Under the pieces are notes generated by a model that saw only the letters and a program-made list of their open reading frames with translations, ran no database searches and was not told where the DNA came from. A stretch of DNA of 64,000 nucleotides from Antedon mediterranea (taxonomy: Eukaryota; Animalia; Echinodermata), in contig NC_092678.1 of the NCBI RefSeq assembly GCF_964355755.1, positions 17,093,881 through 17,157,880 on the forward strand, written 5' to 3'. Positions 52,144-64,000 of the stretch are shown piece after piece. The translations under genes and the position numbers were made by a program. Position 1 is the first letter of the stretch, and each line of letters opens with the position of its first letter.

Positions 52144-53049
52144 CTGGAAATCGTGAAAAAATGCATTAAATAAGTATATATACAGTACCAAAGGATAGTA
52201 CGATAAAAAACAATTATTTTTTTTAATTTGTAAATACAGAAAAATATAACAACAAATATCTTATTGTGCAAACAGAGGCCAAAAAAAGCTTATGTCTATT
52301 AGGCGTGTCACTCCAGCAGTGAAAACATTACAGGGTAGGCCTATTACAAGGACATAAAAATATTTGTTTAATGTTACTTTAGCTCGTATTATCATTAGTT
52401 GCATGTTTTAGCTGTTTTTCTTTAACTGCTTTTACATGATATAAAGATATTACATTTGATCGTATTACACATGAAACAGACATATTCCGTAGAAGTATTA
52501 ATTCCTAAAATAAAATAATTGTTTTTATGAGGCATAGCGTTAAACTGACGTTTTTATGAGAGGAAGATATATAATATTTGTTCCTCGTGCACAATAAGCT
52601 TATTACAACACTATTACACTAAAGCATAAAGTTACACTTAACTGTGCCTTAACACCGTTTAATAGTTCACCCGATACAAAATTCTGATTTGTCAAAATTT
52701 CTTTAAAAAAAAATCTGACAAATATAAACATGAAGAAATAAAAGCAATGTCATAAGGACGAGTTCTCGAACGATTCTCTCATGCTCATTGCTATTAAACC
52801 GGACGGAGGGATAGGTAACCGATGCCTCTCTTAATAACATTATTTTTTATTTAATAACATTTACTAGTTTAGTTGGTTTAGTGATCAATAAAAATCAAAC
52901 AAAAACAGGCATATTATATTATTTTAGTTTTGGATGAATATTCTGTCTTTGCAAAGAGTAAAAATGAAATGATGTGACAAAAAGTGTGGTTACATTACAA
53001 AGAAAATATACTATTTTCAAAAGTATGATAAACAATAGAAAGCACTCAC

Positions 53050-53121
53050 AGCCCTGTCAATGATGTCAAACCATCAAACACGTTTTCTGATATTGTAGTT
53101 ATTTTGTTACTGCCCAACCCT
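53050..53121 (-). CDS. Gene R LRR cassette: GLGSNKITTISENVFDGLTSLTGL
   Basis: 72 bp, phase 2-2, ttttcAG acceptor, GTGAGT donor. Confidence 0.9.
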
Positions 53122-55217
53122 CTGAAAATTGTGAAAAAATGCATTAAATAAGTATATAAATACAGTACCAAAGGATAGTACGATAAAAAAAAATTATTTT
53201 TTAAATTTGTAAATACAAAAAAATATAACAACAAATATCTTATTGTGCAAACAGAGGCCAAAAAAAGCTTATGTCTATTAGGCGTGTCACTCCAGCAGTG
53301 AAAACATTACAGGGTAGGCCTATATACAAGGACATAAAAATGTTTGTTTAATGTTACTTTAGCTCGTATTATCATTAGTTGCATGTTTTAGCTGTTTTTC
53401 TTTAACTGCTTTTACATGATATAACTATGTTTTATCTAGATTTACTGTAAATATGTTGTAATTTCTTTAATATCTACGATACAATACAACCGTTAAATGA
53501 CGATGATCCATGTATTCTGCTATGTTTTTATTTTTCATTATGGCCGCCGATATTGCTACAGTAACTGAATTAAATAGTCTTGAGTTCGCATAAACAATGT
53601 CAAAATAGAAAAAATCAAAAAGAGCAAAACGAAAGATATTACATTTGATCGTATTACACATGAAACAGACATATTCCGTAGAAGTATTAATTCCTACAAT
53701 AAAATAATTGTTTTTATGAGGCATAGCGTTAAACTGACGTTTTCATGAGAGGAAGATATACAATATTTGTTCCTCGTGCACAATAAGCTTATTACAACAC
53801 TATTACACTAAAGCATAAAGTTACACTTAACTGTGCCTTAACACCGTTTAATAGTTCAACCGATACAACATTCTGATTTGTCCAAATTTCTTTTTTAAAA
53901 AATCTGACAAATATAAACATGAAGAAATAAAAAGCAATGTCATTAATATACATCAGACTTAAGAATAATGACATCAATTTTCGATAATCATAAGGACGAG
54001 TTCTCGAATGATTCTCTCATTTGTGCCGATGGAATTGATATTTCCTAAGTTTACCTAACTACGGAGGAATAGATGCCTCAAATAATAACGTTTTCATGCA
54101 TGAGAGGAAGATATATAGCATTTGTTCCCCGTCAACACTATTTCAAATCCCATGAATCGAAACAATATGTCGAGTGTGCCTATTCCTTCTTGTTCTTATT
54201 CCTCTTGAGAGGAAGATATATAACATTTGTTCCGCGTGCAAAATAAGCTTATAACACTATTGTAGATTATACGTGAATCGAAACAATTATGTTGAGTGTG
54301 CCTATTCCTTCTTGTGTTACTGTGGACAACCGCATAGAGAAACTTTAACATTAACGCCATGCGTCTGGATTGTCTGTGATTTTAAACGATTGTCAATGCT
54401 ATCTCGACATATGACAATTATTTCTATTTGGTAATACAGAATCTCAAATGTATCACATGTGGTTCTTGTATCATTAGGTTAAGAATAAACATTTATAATA
54501 ATTATATAATTTCTCATTTAATAAAACATACCAGTTATACAACAAACTACGTACAGGAGCTCGAGCTTGTGTTAAATTAGTACATATTTTTTATCATTTA
54601 TATTAAGAATACATTAATCATAATGTTTAATGATGCTGTAATATCGAATGTTAATGTTACTTGAGAAATCGAGATAGAATACCGATAATCAGGTGTGTTA
54701 GACCAGAATACGTTACTCCTGCTTAAAATGGAGGTCTTTGCTTTCACCACGTTCTGAAATGTGCCTGTAAGATTATGTTAGGCAAAAACAATACCGTGTA
54801 TACCTAATAGCGGCCTGGTGAGACCTATGTATTGCCTTCGTTAAATCCTTTCTTAAACTTGTTCCCACTTATACCTTTTAGAGGAATGTTATCCATAGAT
54901 AAAACCCTAATATACTGCTGATTGGATTCGTCATATTATAATTGTAACACAATGTGTCATAAGATCTGTTCGTTATACCATGGTAGTATGTGGTGCAATT
55001 AATTAAAGAATTATATGATTTGTAAATATTTTAAACAAAGTGCAACACAGTGTGACGTATTGTCTGCTACAATATCTAATGATTACACATTTTTAATAAT
55101 TATGTAATTTCTCATTTAATAAAACATACCAGTTATAATAACAAATTACCGTATTAAACGTACAAATCAAAGTATAAAAACAATAAGTATATACAGTACC
55201 AACGGAAATTACGATAA

Positions 55218-56539
55218 CTAGATGGTACGCTCGCTTCGCTCGCGTACCATCTAGGTCGTTCCCACAGATGGTTCTCGAATACACAGTAATTTCAGCGTAA
55301 CAAAACTGGCGATTTCAAATGTACGTACCGCAGGACTATAGGCCTATACATTGTCGTTTACAGAAACAAATAAATAGACACGATGATTTATGTAGTCAAC
55401 TAAAATTAGCACCCTGGGAATTACTTCCGAAGGAGAAACTTATCACAAAATGAGTCCAAGTTTTTGATTTGGACTCATTTAAAGAAACCCAATTGGTGTT
55501 TTGTATGTAACATTAGGGTTGAGGGATGGGAAAGCGGATAGGTACAAAGAGGAACAATTTTTAAATATATTCTTTATCCACTCAGTAACGAAATATTTTT
55601 TTCATGTTTTATAGGCCTATAAATAATATACCTCTAAATACAGTAAAACATTTGCGATTTAATACTTTTTTTATTTTATTTATTTATTTATTTCTTTTAA
55701 ATATTCATTGTACACTAATTTTCCCCGTGTATGGCAAGAGATTCCTAATTATATTAGAGAACATTCTTTATTTAGTTTAGTTAAAACTGTCACTGTCATA
55801 ATCGATTGAAATATTAAAGTACCATGTCACGATACACCACTACGACGTTTATATTTGGTAATTATTAATTAATACAAACGTTGAGAAAGAACTGTCAGTA
55901 TAAAGTTTATTTGTATATAATAATGTGTTTATATATCTAACAGTAGAGCCTATCCACAATCTCGCAAGTTTATTCTCAAAGGGCCCATATATTTACCTAC
56001 CGTATGTGTTAAACCAAGGGCTAATAAATTTACCTACAGTACTTGTGTTAAACCAAACTCTGGCAGACTGAGAGATTGGGATGTTCCATTCATCGCAAAT
56101 CAATAGATTTGTATAATCGTATATTAAATCTATCAAAATAGTATTTTTTAAAGAAAATCGGCCTGTCTTCAACATTATGATGGTGTACTCTAGCTGTTCA
56201 ACCGGTTTTCAGCTATTAAAAACAATTATCGTAGGAGGAGATAGGAAAATGCGAAGCCTCCTCGCATTTTTGTGGCGGGTATTTTTCAAGACGGACATCC
56301 ATTATACAGTGTATACCACGGTCGGAAAACACCCCTATTTGGGGCAAATCTTGGAACCTAAATTCGTTTTAACCGTCAATAACTTATTATCTAACTTAAT
56401 TTAATTAGTAAACAGGGTTACATCAGGTGGTTAAAATCAGTACCGAAAGTACGAACCAACTTTATATACCATCGAGTAAAAATTATAGAAGTAAGGCGCG
56501 ATTTACCGAATTTTGCCCTTACGTAAATTTATATATAGA
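55218..56539 (-). mobile_element. Non-autonomous Helitron, 1322 bp
   Basis: A|TC start, hairpin ATGGTACGC...GCGTACCAT, CTAG|T end, no TSD; empty sites at ~40290 and ~60515. Confidence 0.9.
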
Positions 56540-58356
56540 TAAAGTATCTATTTTATTAATTTCGAAATACTAAGAAAAAATAACAAAATGTCTATATTGT
56601 GCCAACAGAGGCCAAAAAGGCTTATTTCCAACTAGGCGTGTCACTCTGACAGTGAAACAATTACAAGGTATAATTGATATAATACTAATTTAATGTTACT
56701 TTATCTCGTATTATCATTTCATGTTTTAGCTGTTTTTCATTAACTGTCTTTGCATGATTATAACAATGTTTTATCTAGATTGACTGTAATCATGTTGTAC
56801 TTTCCATATCATATGATTTCTCGTATTATCATTATTTGCATGTTTTAGCTGTTTTTCATATGATTTCTAGATGTATTTCAATATCTACGATACAATACAA
56901 CCGTTAAATGACGATGATCCATGTATTCTGCTATATTTTTATTTTTCATTATGGCCGCCGATGGTGCTACAGTAACTGAATTAAAGAGACAAAACAATGC
57001 CAAAATAGAAAAAACTCAAAAAGAGCAAAAAGAAAGATATTACATTTGAACGTATTACACATGAAACAGACATATTTCATAGAAGTATTAATTCCTAAAA
57101 CAAAATAATTGTTTTTATGTTTAACTCTATGCCTCATAGAGTTAAACTGACGTTTTCATGAGAGGAAGATAATTATATACTATTTGTTCCACGTGCACAA
57201 TAAGCTTATAAAACTATTGCAGATTATACGTGAATCGGACCGGTGACGAGTCGGTGACAAACCGAACGGATCATCCAGGAATTCTGAAACGTCTGGCCAA
57301 GTGCGCTCTCTTTGCGCAGTATTATACGGAGGCGTGTCTATTTTTGTTTTCGTATCTAATTTTGGCTTTAAAAACATGTCAGCCCAAAACATTCGCTACC
57401 CCTGGATCCGCCCCGTCGGAATATTGTCGATATAAAGTGATGGAGGTTCAGACGTTCTGTGGTACATTTAAATTGTATTATTTGTATTTCCTCTTTAAAC
57501 TTCATCTTAATTTCAATATAATAATATCAATTAAGTAATATTATTTACTTAGAAATGTGCCAGTTATTCAGCACTGAAGAAAACAAAATCAGAAAAATGT
57601 AAACACATGTTACCAGGTTTTTTTAAAACATTAATAAAGCTAAGTGTGTTAATTAATGAGATGTAAAGCACATTTTAGCATGAGGAAGTGAAAATATGGA
57701 AGGAAAGAAAACATAAAGTGTAGAAACAGATATCACTTCACAAGCAATCTATTGCTGACCCAGTGTGAAGCCAGAAATCAAGAGTTGTTCCTGCTCCCCA
57801 ATTATTGTGGTCCCTTTATTTATAAAACTTGAAAAGCAGAAAAAAGAGGAGGAGGAGGTGTATGTTTGTTTGTTGCCAGATGCCTATAAAGCTGGTTCAG
57901 AGTTTAAGTTATGTTTATCTTACGGACGGATAACGCTAATAATGTACGTACCACAACATTAGGTAACCGATACGCCCCCATTATGATACGTGCGAATAAA
58001 GAAAAAGTGCTATTCCACTGTACGTAGGGATAGCTACCCGATGCCTCTCATAATAATATTATTTTTCATTCAATAACATTTAATAATAATGATAATAATA
58101 ATTTACTTTAAAACAAACGAATACAAGTAGGCCTCATTACACACAATACAACTACAAACATGAGCTTGTGTTAAAAGAAAGGTTTAGGGATCAATCATAA
58201 TCAAACAAAAACGGGCATATTATATTATTTTAGTTTTGGATGAATATTCTGTCTTTGCAAAGAGTAAAAAATGAAATGATGTGACAATAAGTGTGGTTAT
58301 CTTACAACGAAAATATATTATTTTCAAAAGTATGATAAACAATAGAAAGCACTCAC

Positions 58357-58428
58357 AGCCGTGTCAATGATGTCAAACCATCAAACACGTTTTCTGATAT
58401 TGTAGTTATTTTGTTACTGCCCAACGCT
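58357..58428 (-). CDS. Gene R LRR cassette: ALGSNKITTISENVFDGLTSLTRL
   Basis: 72 bp, phase 2-2, ttttcAG acceptor, GTGAGT donor. Confidence 0.9.
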
Positions 58429-60641
58429 CTGAAAATTGTGAAAAAATGCATTAAATAAGTATATAAATACAGTACCAAAGGATAATACGATAAAAAAAAA
58501 ATTATTTTTTAAATTTGTAAATACAAAAAAATATAACAACAAATATCTTATTGTGCAAACAGAGGCCAAAAAAAGCTTATGTCTATTAGGCGTGTCACTC
58601 CAGCAGTGAAAACATTACAGGGTAGGCCTATATACAAGGACATAAAAATGTTTGTTTAATGTTACTTTAGCTCGTATTATCATTAGTTGCATGTTTTAGC
58701 TGTTTTTCTTTAACTGCTTTTACATGATATAACTATGTTTTATCTAGATTTACTGTAAATATGTTGTAATTTCTTTAATATCTACGATACAATACAACCG
58801 TTAAATGACGATGATCCATGTATTCTGCTATATTTTTATTTTTCATTATGGCCGCCGATATTGCTACAGTAACTGAATTAAATAGTCTTGAGTTCGCATA
58901 AACAATGTCAAAATAGAAAAAATCAAAAAGAGCAAAACGAAAGATATTACATTTGATCGTATTACACATGAAACAGACATATTCCGTAGAAGTATTAATT
59001 CCTACAATAAAATAATTGTTTTTATGAGGCATAGCGTTAAACTGACGTTTTCATGAGAGGAAGATATAAAATATTTGTTCCTCGTGCACAATAAGCTTAT
59101 TACAACACTATTACACTAAAGCATAAAGTTACACTTAACTGTGCCTTAACACCGTTTAATAGTTCAACCGATACAACATTCTGATTTGTCCAAATTTCTT
59201 TTTAAAAAAATCTGACAAATATAAACATGAAGAAATAAAAAGCAATGTCATTAATATACATCAGACTTAAGAATAATGACATCAATTTTCGATAATCATA
59301 AGGACGAGTTCTCGAATGATTCTCTCATTTGTGCCGATGGAATTGATATTTCCTAAGTTTACCTAACTACGGAGGAATAGATGCCTCAAATAATAACGTT
59401 TTCATGAGAGGAAGATATATAGCATTTGTTCCCCGTCAACACTATTTCAAATCCCATGAATCGAAACAATATGTCGAGTGTGCCTATTCCTTCTTGTTCT
59501 TATTCCTCTTGAGAGGAAGATATATAACATTTGTTCCGCGTGCAAAATAAGCTTATAACACTATTGTAGATTATACGTGAATCGAAACAATTATGTCGAG
59601 TGTGCCGATTCCTTCTTGTTTTACTGTGGACAACCGCATAGAGAAACTTTAACATTAACGACATGCGTCTGGATTGTCTGTGATTTTAAACGATTGTCAA
59701 TGCTATCTCGACATATGACAATTATTTCAATTTGGTAATACAGAATCTCAAATGTATCACATGTGGTTCTTGTATCATTAGGTTAAGAATAAACATTTAT
59801 AATAATTATATAATTTCTCATTTAATAAAACATACCAGTTATACAACAAACTACGTACAGGAGCTCGAGCTTGTGTTAAATTAGTACATATTTTTTATCA
59901 TTTATATTAAGAATACATTAATCATAATGTTTAATGATGCTGTAATATCGAATGTTAATGTTACTGGAGAAATCGAGATAGAATACCGATAATCAGGTGT
60001 GTTAGACCAGAATACGTTACTCTGGCTTAAAATGGAGGTCTTCGCTTTAACCACGTTCTGAAATGTGTCTGTAAGATTATGTTAGGCAAAAACAATACCT
60101 TGTATGCCTTAGCAGCCTGGTGTTGAGACCTATGTATTGCCTTCGCTAAATCCTTTCTTAAACTTGTTCCCACTTATACCGTTTAGAGGAATGTTATCCA
60201 TAGATATAACCCTAATATACTGCTGATTGGATTCGTCATTTTATAATTGTAACACAATGTGTCATAAGAACTGTTCGTTATACCATGGTAGTATGTGGTG
60301 CAATTAATAAAAGAATTATATGATTTGTAAATATTTTACACAAAGTGCAACACAGTGTGACGTATTGTCTGCTATAATATCTAATGATTACACATTTTTA
60401 ATAATTATGTAATTTCTCATTTAATATACCCCTTATAATAACAAATTACCGTATTAAACGTACAAATCAAAGTATAAAAACAATAAGTATATACAGTACC
60501 AACGGAAATTACGATAAAAAAGTATCTATTTTATTAATTTCAAAATACAAAGGAAAAGTAACAACAAAATATCTATATTGTGCCAACAGAGGCCAAAAAG
60601 GCTTATGTCCAATTAGGCGTGTTACTCTGACAGTGAAACAA

Positions 60642-60846
60642 TTAGTCACGTGGACGCGACTCTATCGTTCACTATGTCGGTCGGTCGGTCTGTCGGTCTG
60701 TCTGTCGGTCCGGTATCACTATGCGTTTTATCACTTTTCTGTACTTTTTGAACTGTTTTGATGTACATAAAAATTTTAAAGTACAATACTTTTTGAAAGT
60801 TCATTTTTTTTCTGAGAGCACGCGACTTATGGCTGTTGGCCTTGTT
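60642..60846 (+). mobile_element. Short HINE-like element
   Basis: Ends like 12386-13188 in the opposite orientation; replaces roughly 80 bp of unit sequence seen at ~56662-56740. Confidence 0.75.
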
Positions 60847-62225
60847 AATTAACTGTCTTTGCATGATTATAACAATGTTTTATCTAGATTGACTGTAATC
60901 ATGTTGTACTTTCCATATCATATGATTTCTCGTATTATCATTATTTGCATGTTTTAGCTGTTTTTCATATGATTTCTAGATGTATTTCAATATCTACGAT
61001 ACAATACAACCGTTAAATGACGATGATCCATGTATTCTGCTATATTTTTATTTTTCATTATGGCCGCCGATGGTGCTACAGTAACTGAATTAAAGAGACA
61101 AAACAATGCCAAAATAGAAAAAACTCAAAAAGAGCAAAAAGAAAGATATTACATTTGAACGTATTACACATGAAACAGACATATTTCATAGAAGTATTAA
61201 TTCCTAAAACAAAATAATTTTATGAGGCATAGAGTTAAACTGACATTTTCATGAGAGGAAGATATATACTATTTGTTCCACGTGCACAATAAGCTTATTA
61301 CAACACTATTTCAGATTATACGTGAATCGGTGAAGAGTCGGTGACAAACCGAACGGATCATCCAAGATTTCTGAAAAGTCTGGGCCAGTGTGCTCTCTTT
61401 GCGCAGTATTATACGGAGGCGTGTCTATTTTTGTTTTCGTATCTAATTTTGGCTTTAAAAACATGTCAGCCCTAAGCAATCGCTACCCCTGGATCCGCCC
61501 CGTCAGAATATTTTTGATATACAATGATAGAGGTTCAGACGTTCTGTGGTACATTTAAATTGTATTATTTGTATGTTCCCTTTAAATTTCATCTTAATTT
61601 TAAATATAACAATATCAATAAAGTAATATTGTTTACTTATAAGTTTGCCAGTTATTCAGCACTGAAGAAAACAAAATCGGAAAAAATGTAAACACATGTG
61701 ACCACGTTTTTTTAACATTATTAAAGCTAAATGTGTTAATTAATGAGATGTAAAGCACATAGGCTGATTTTAGCACGAGGAAGTGAAAATATGGAAGGAG
61801 AGGAAAATATAAAATGTAGAGACACAGATATCACATAACAAGCAAGCTATTACTGACCCAATGTGAAGGCAGAAATCAAGAGTTGTTTGATGTTCCTGCT
61901 CCCAAATTATTGTGGCAAAAATAGAAGAGCAAAAAGGAAGATATTACGCCTGAACGTAGTATACATGGAACAGACAGATACCGTACAAGTGTTCATTTAT
62001 AAAGGGTCAACTGCCTGGAATTAAACATAATTACTGAACCATGGCCGGTAGAATGACAACATTATTTCCACCATATACAATGTTATACGGAACAAACGAA
62101 TTTGACAAAAACCAATAAGACGAATATAAACACGAACAAAGGAAAACAATACACATCAGATTTATGAATAACGACGTTAATTTCCGATAATTATAATTAA
62201 TTAAATCACAATTTTATAGAAATCA

Positions 62226-62955
62226 AACAAGGCCATATAGATGCTGCAGTCGCGTGCTCAAGTAAGTGTTTCCCAACCGACCGACCAACCGACCAAAATT
62301 GCTGAACATGTTTAAAAATGTTGAAAATGAAAAACATTTATTTTTTTTTTAATTTACACGTGCGTTGCCTGTCACTTTTGACGTGCTCGTATAACGTAAT
62401 TTCGAGTTAAAAAGTGAATAAAATATGATGATATTATTAAAAGAAAGGTTGTAAAACAGAAATCAGACAAAAAGAGTGCATATTAACATTTAACGCGCAA
62501 TGCGCGTGCAAAAATCTGCGCACTCATGGCAATTTTTTAAACGCTTAAAATTGCCTGAAGGTACTCTTATTTAATCGAAAATCAATTTTGACAATTTTGC
62601 GTACGCATGCGTTACATGCGCTACGCACGTAATTGTATTGCCATGATGATTTATGCCCTGAAATTTATGAGTACCAACTTTTATTTAATTGTGATTCATG
62701 CTTTTAAAGGTATGATGACAAACGTGATTTCGTTAAATCGTGCGTAGACCGCGTAATTTTTGAAAACATAAAAACAAAGATTCCTGGCCATAAGGAATAT
62801 ACTGTGAAAACTTGACTTAGCTAGATGAAACTGATATCAAGATAAGGCCATATACAAGTTAGTGTTTACCGACCGACCGACCGACCGACCGACCAACCAA
62901 CCGACCAACCGACCGAAATAGGGAATTGTAGAGTCGCGTTGCACGCGACTAAAAA
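62226..62955 (-). mobile_element. HINE-like element with (ACCG/ACCA)n tracts
   Basis: AGTCGCGTG / CACGCGACT subterminal repeats; interior matches ~12515-13050. Confidence 0.8.
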
Positions 62956-64000
62956 CTTGAAATTAAAATAAAGTGTATACAATATGATATAAACGTAGAT
63001 CTCGAGTAAACATAGTAAAGTGCCGATGAAAATAAGATAAGTCCTAAGTTCACCTTACTACGGAGGGATAACAATATGCGTGTACGTACCACCATACTAA
63101 ATTAGATAACAGGTGCCTCTCATATTAAGGTTTTCATAGGAGGAAGATGTAATATTGTTTCGCGTGCGTACAATAAGCTTTTTACAACACTATTGCACAG
63201 ATTATACGTGAATTTAATGTCGAGAATTCGTTCACGTGTAGAGAAACTGAAACATTCTTGAACAATCTTAAAAACTGTTGCGGCATCAAAACTTGACATA
63301 GGATTTGATAATTGTAAGGATGATTACCCAGAATGTGGTTAAAATCGTATTTTACAAAAATGTAACGTTAAGCAAAAGTTTAGACCTTCGGATTGAGGAT
63401 AGAAAGCGAAATCAGTGTCTACAAAACAATATCGACACGGAAGCGACTGCAGTATTCATCGTATTCAAGCTAAGTACAGTACAACAAATAATCACTACAG
63501 GTCAGCAGTTACATTTTACAATTGCGAAAAAAACTGATAACAAACAACAATCCAGAACAATATATTTTATTCCATAGCCTATGTAAATACGTGGACGTGA
63601 TTGGTTGAAACTATATCACACTACCGCTGCGAGGATCGTACATCGTATATATCCTCGAGTACGATGATATTGACTGAGTAATTTTCGCATCCCTTTCATA
63701 TGAAAATAATTTTTGTGTGGCAACACTCGCGTTTGGCGATAAATAAACAAAAGTCATCTACTGAGATGACTTTTTATCACGAGACAACGGTTAACCCGCT
63801 GCGCCACGCAACTTGCTTAAAGAAATTAATCAACTACACTATTTAAACTATGCATACATAACGCCCTAATTTATTATTAGCCCTCTCTAGACGCGATGAA
63901 AGACTGACCGTTTGTGATTGGTCAATACTCACGGTAGTAACCTGGTGGTACGCGCGGCGCGCTGAACATCTGGTGATTCGGCTCGAAGAAGACGAATTAT

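Larger units (their letters stand above)
35540..61915. repeat. Tandem array of gene R exon-plus-intron units (about 0.2-4 kb each, excluding insertions)
   Basis: Anchor resembling GCATGAGGAAGTGAAAATATGG recurs at ~35540, 41705, 47922, 51374, 57678 and 61772; kilobase blocks nearly identical (e.g. ~52900-55200 vs ~58200-60500). Confidence 0.92.

Noticed and set aside
38433-58428. True VLR locus with somatic assembly
   Set aside because: Cassettes have canonical splice sites and introns, unlike VLR donor cassettes; nothing here shows somatic rearrangement. The resemblance is an analogy only.
13463-58428. Genes L and R as one gene
   Set aside because: Gene L has its own ATG and signal peptide, and gene R reaches its hinge 16 kb earlier; two tandem genes is the simpler reading.
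39055-59032. Recurrent ORFs ending MDHRHLTVVLYRRY, MKPEIKSC... and MNRTGDES...
   Set aside because: They recur only because intronic units are duplicated; lengths and frames vary and no splice or domain pattern is evident.
52900-60600. Array as a pure assembly artefact
   Set aside because: Units carry private insertions, deletions and substitutions; exact copy number still needs read support.

Overview
AT-rich, intron-containing animal DNA, not prokaryotic; the repeat families and gene type suggest a marine invertebrate such as an echinoderm (inference only). Most ORFs in the six-frame track are spurious or transposon debris. The real coding signal is small spliced exons on the minus strand belonging to two tandem LRR-receptor genes of probable GRL101/RXFP (type C LGR) type. 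Gene L starts at 16877 (signal peptide, CUB, LRRNT, then 72-bp LRR exons at 8105 and 1442) and runs off the left edge. Gene R enters from the right edge as a ~26-kb tandem array in which each exon-plus-intron unit carries one 72-bp phase 2-2 LRR exon: three intact, two donor-dead and two truncated cassettes. These are followed by a distinct 75-bp LRR exon and an LGR-like hinge exon with no intact 7TM region. Cassette differences cluster at the exposed x positions of LxxLxLxxNxL. The rest is nested transposon sequence: Helitrons and Helentron/HINE-type elements, Kolobok-like, Tourist-like and 5-bp-TSD MITEs, LINE fragments and a 3.8-kb foldback element. Paralogous units also show repeated TA to TAGGCCTA micro-insertions. 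All exon calls and alignments were made by eye, with no database search.
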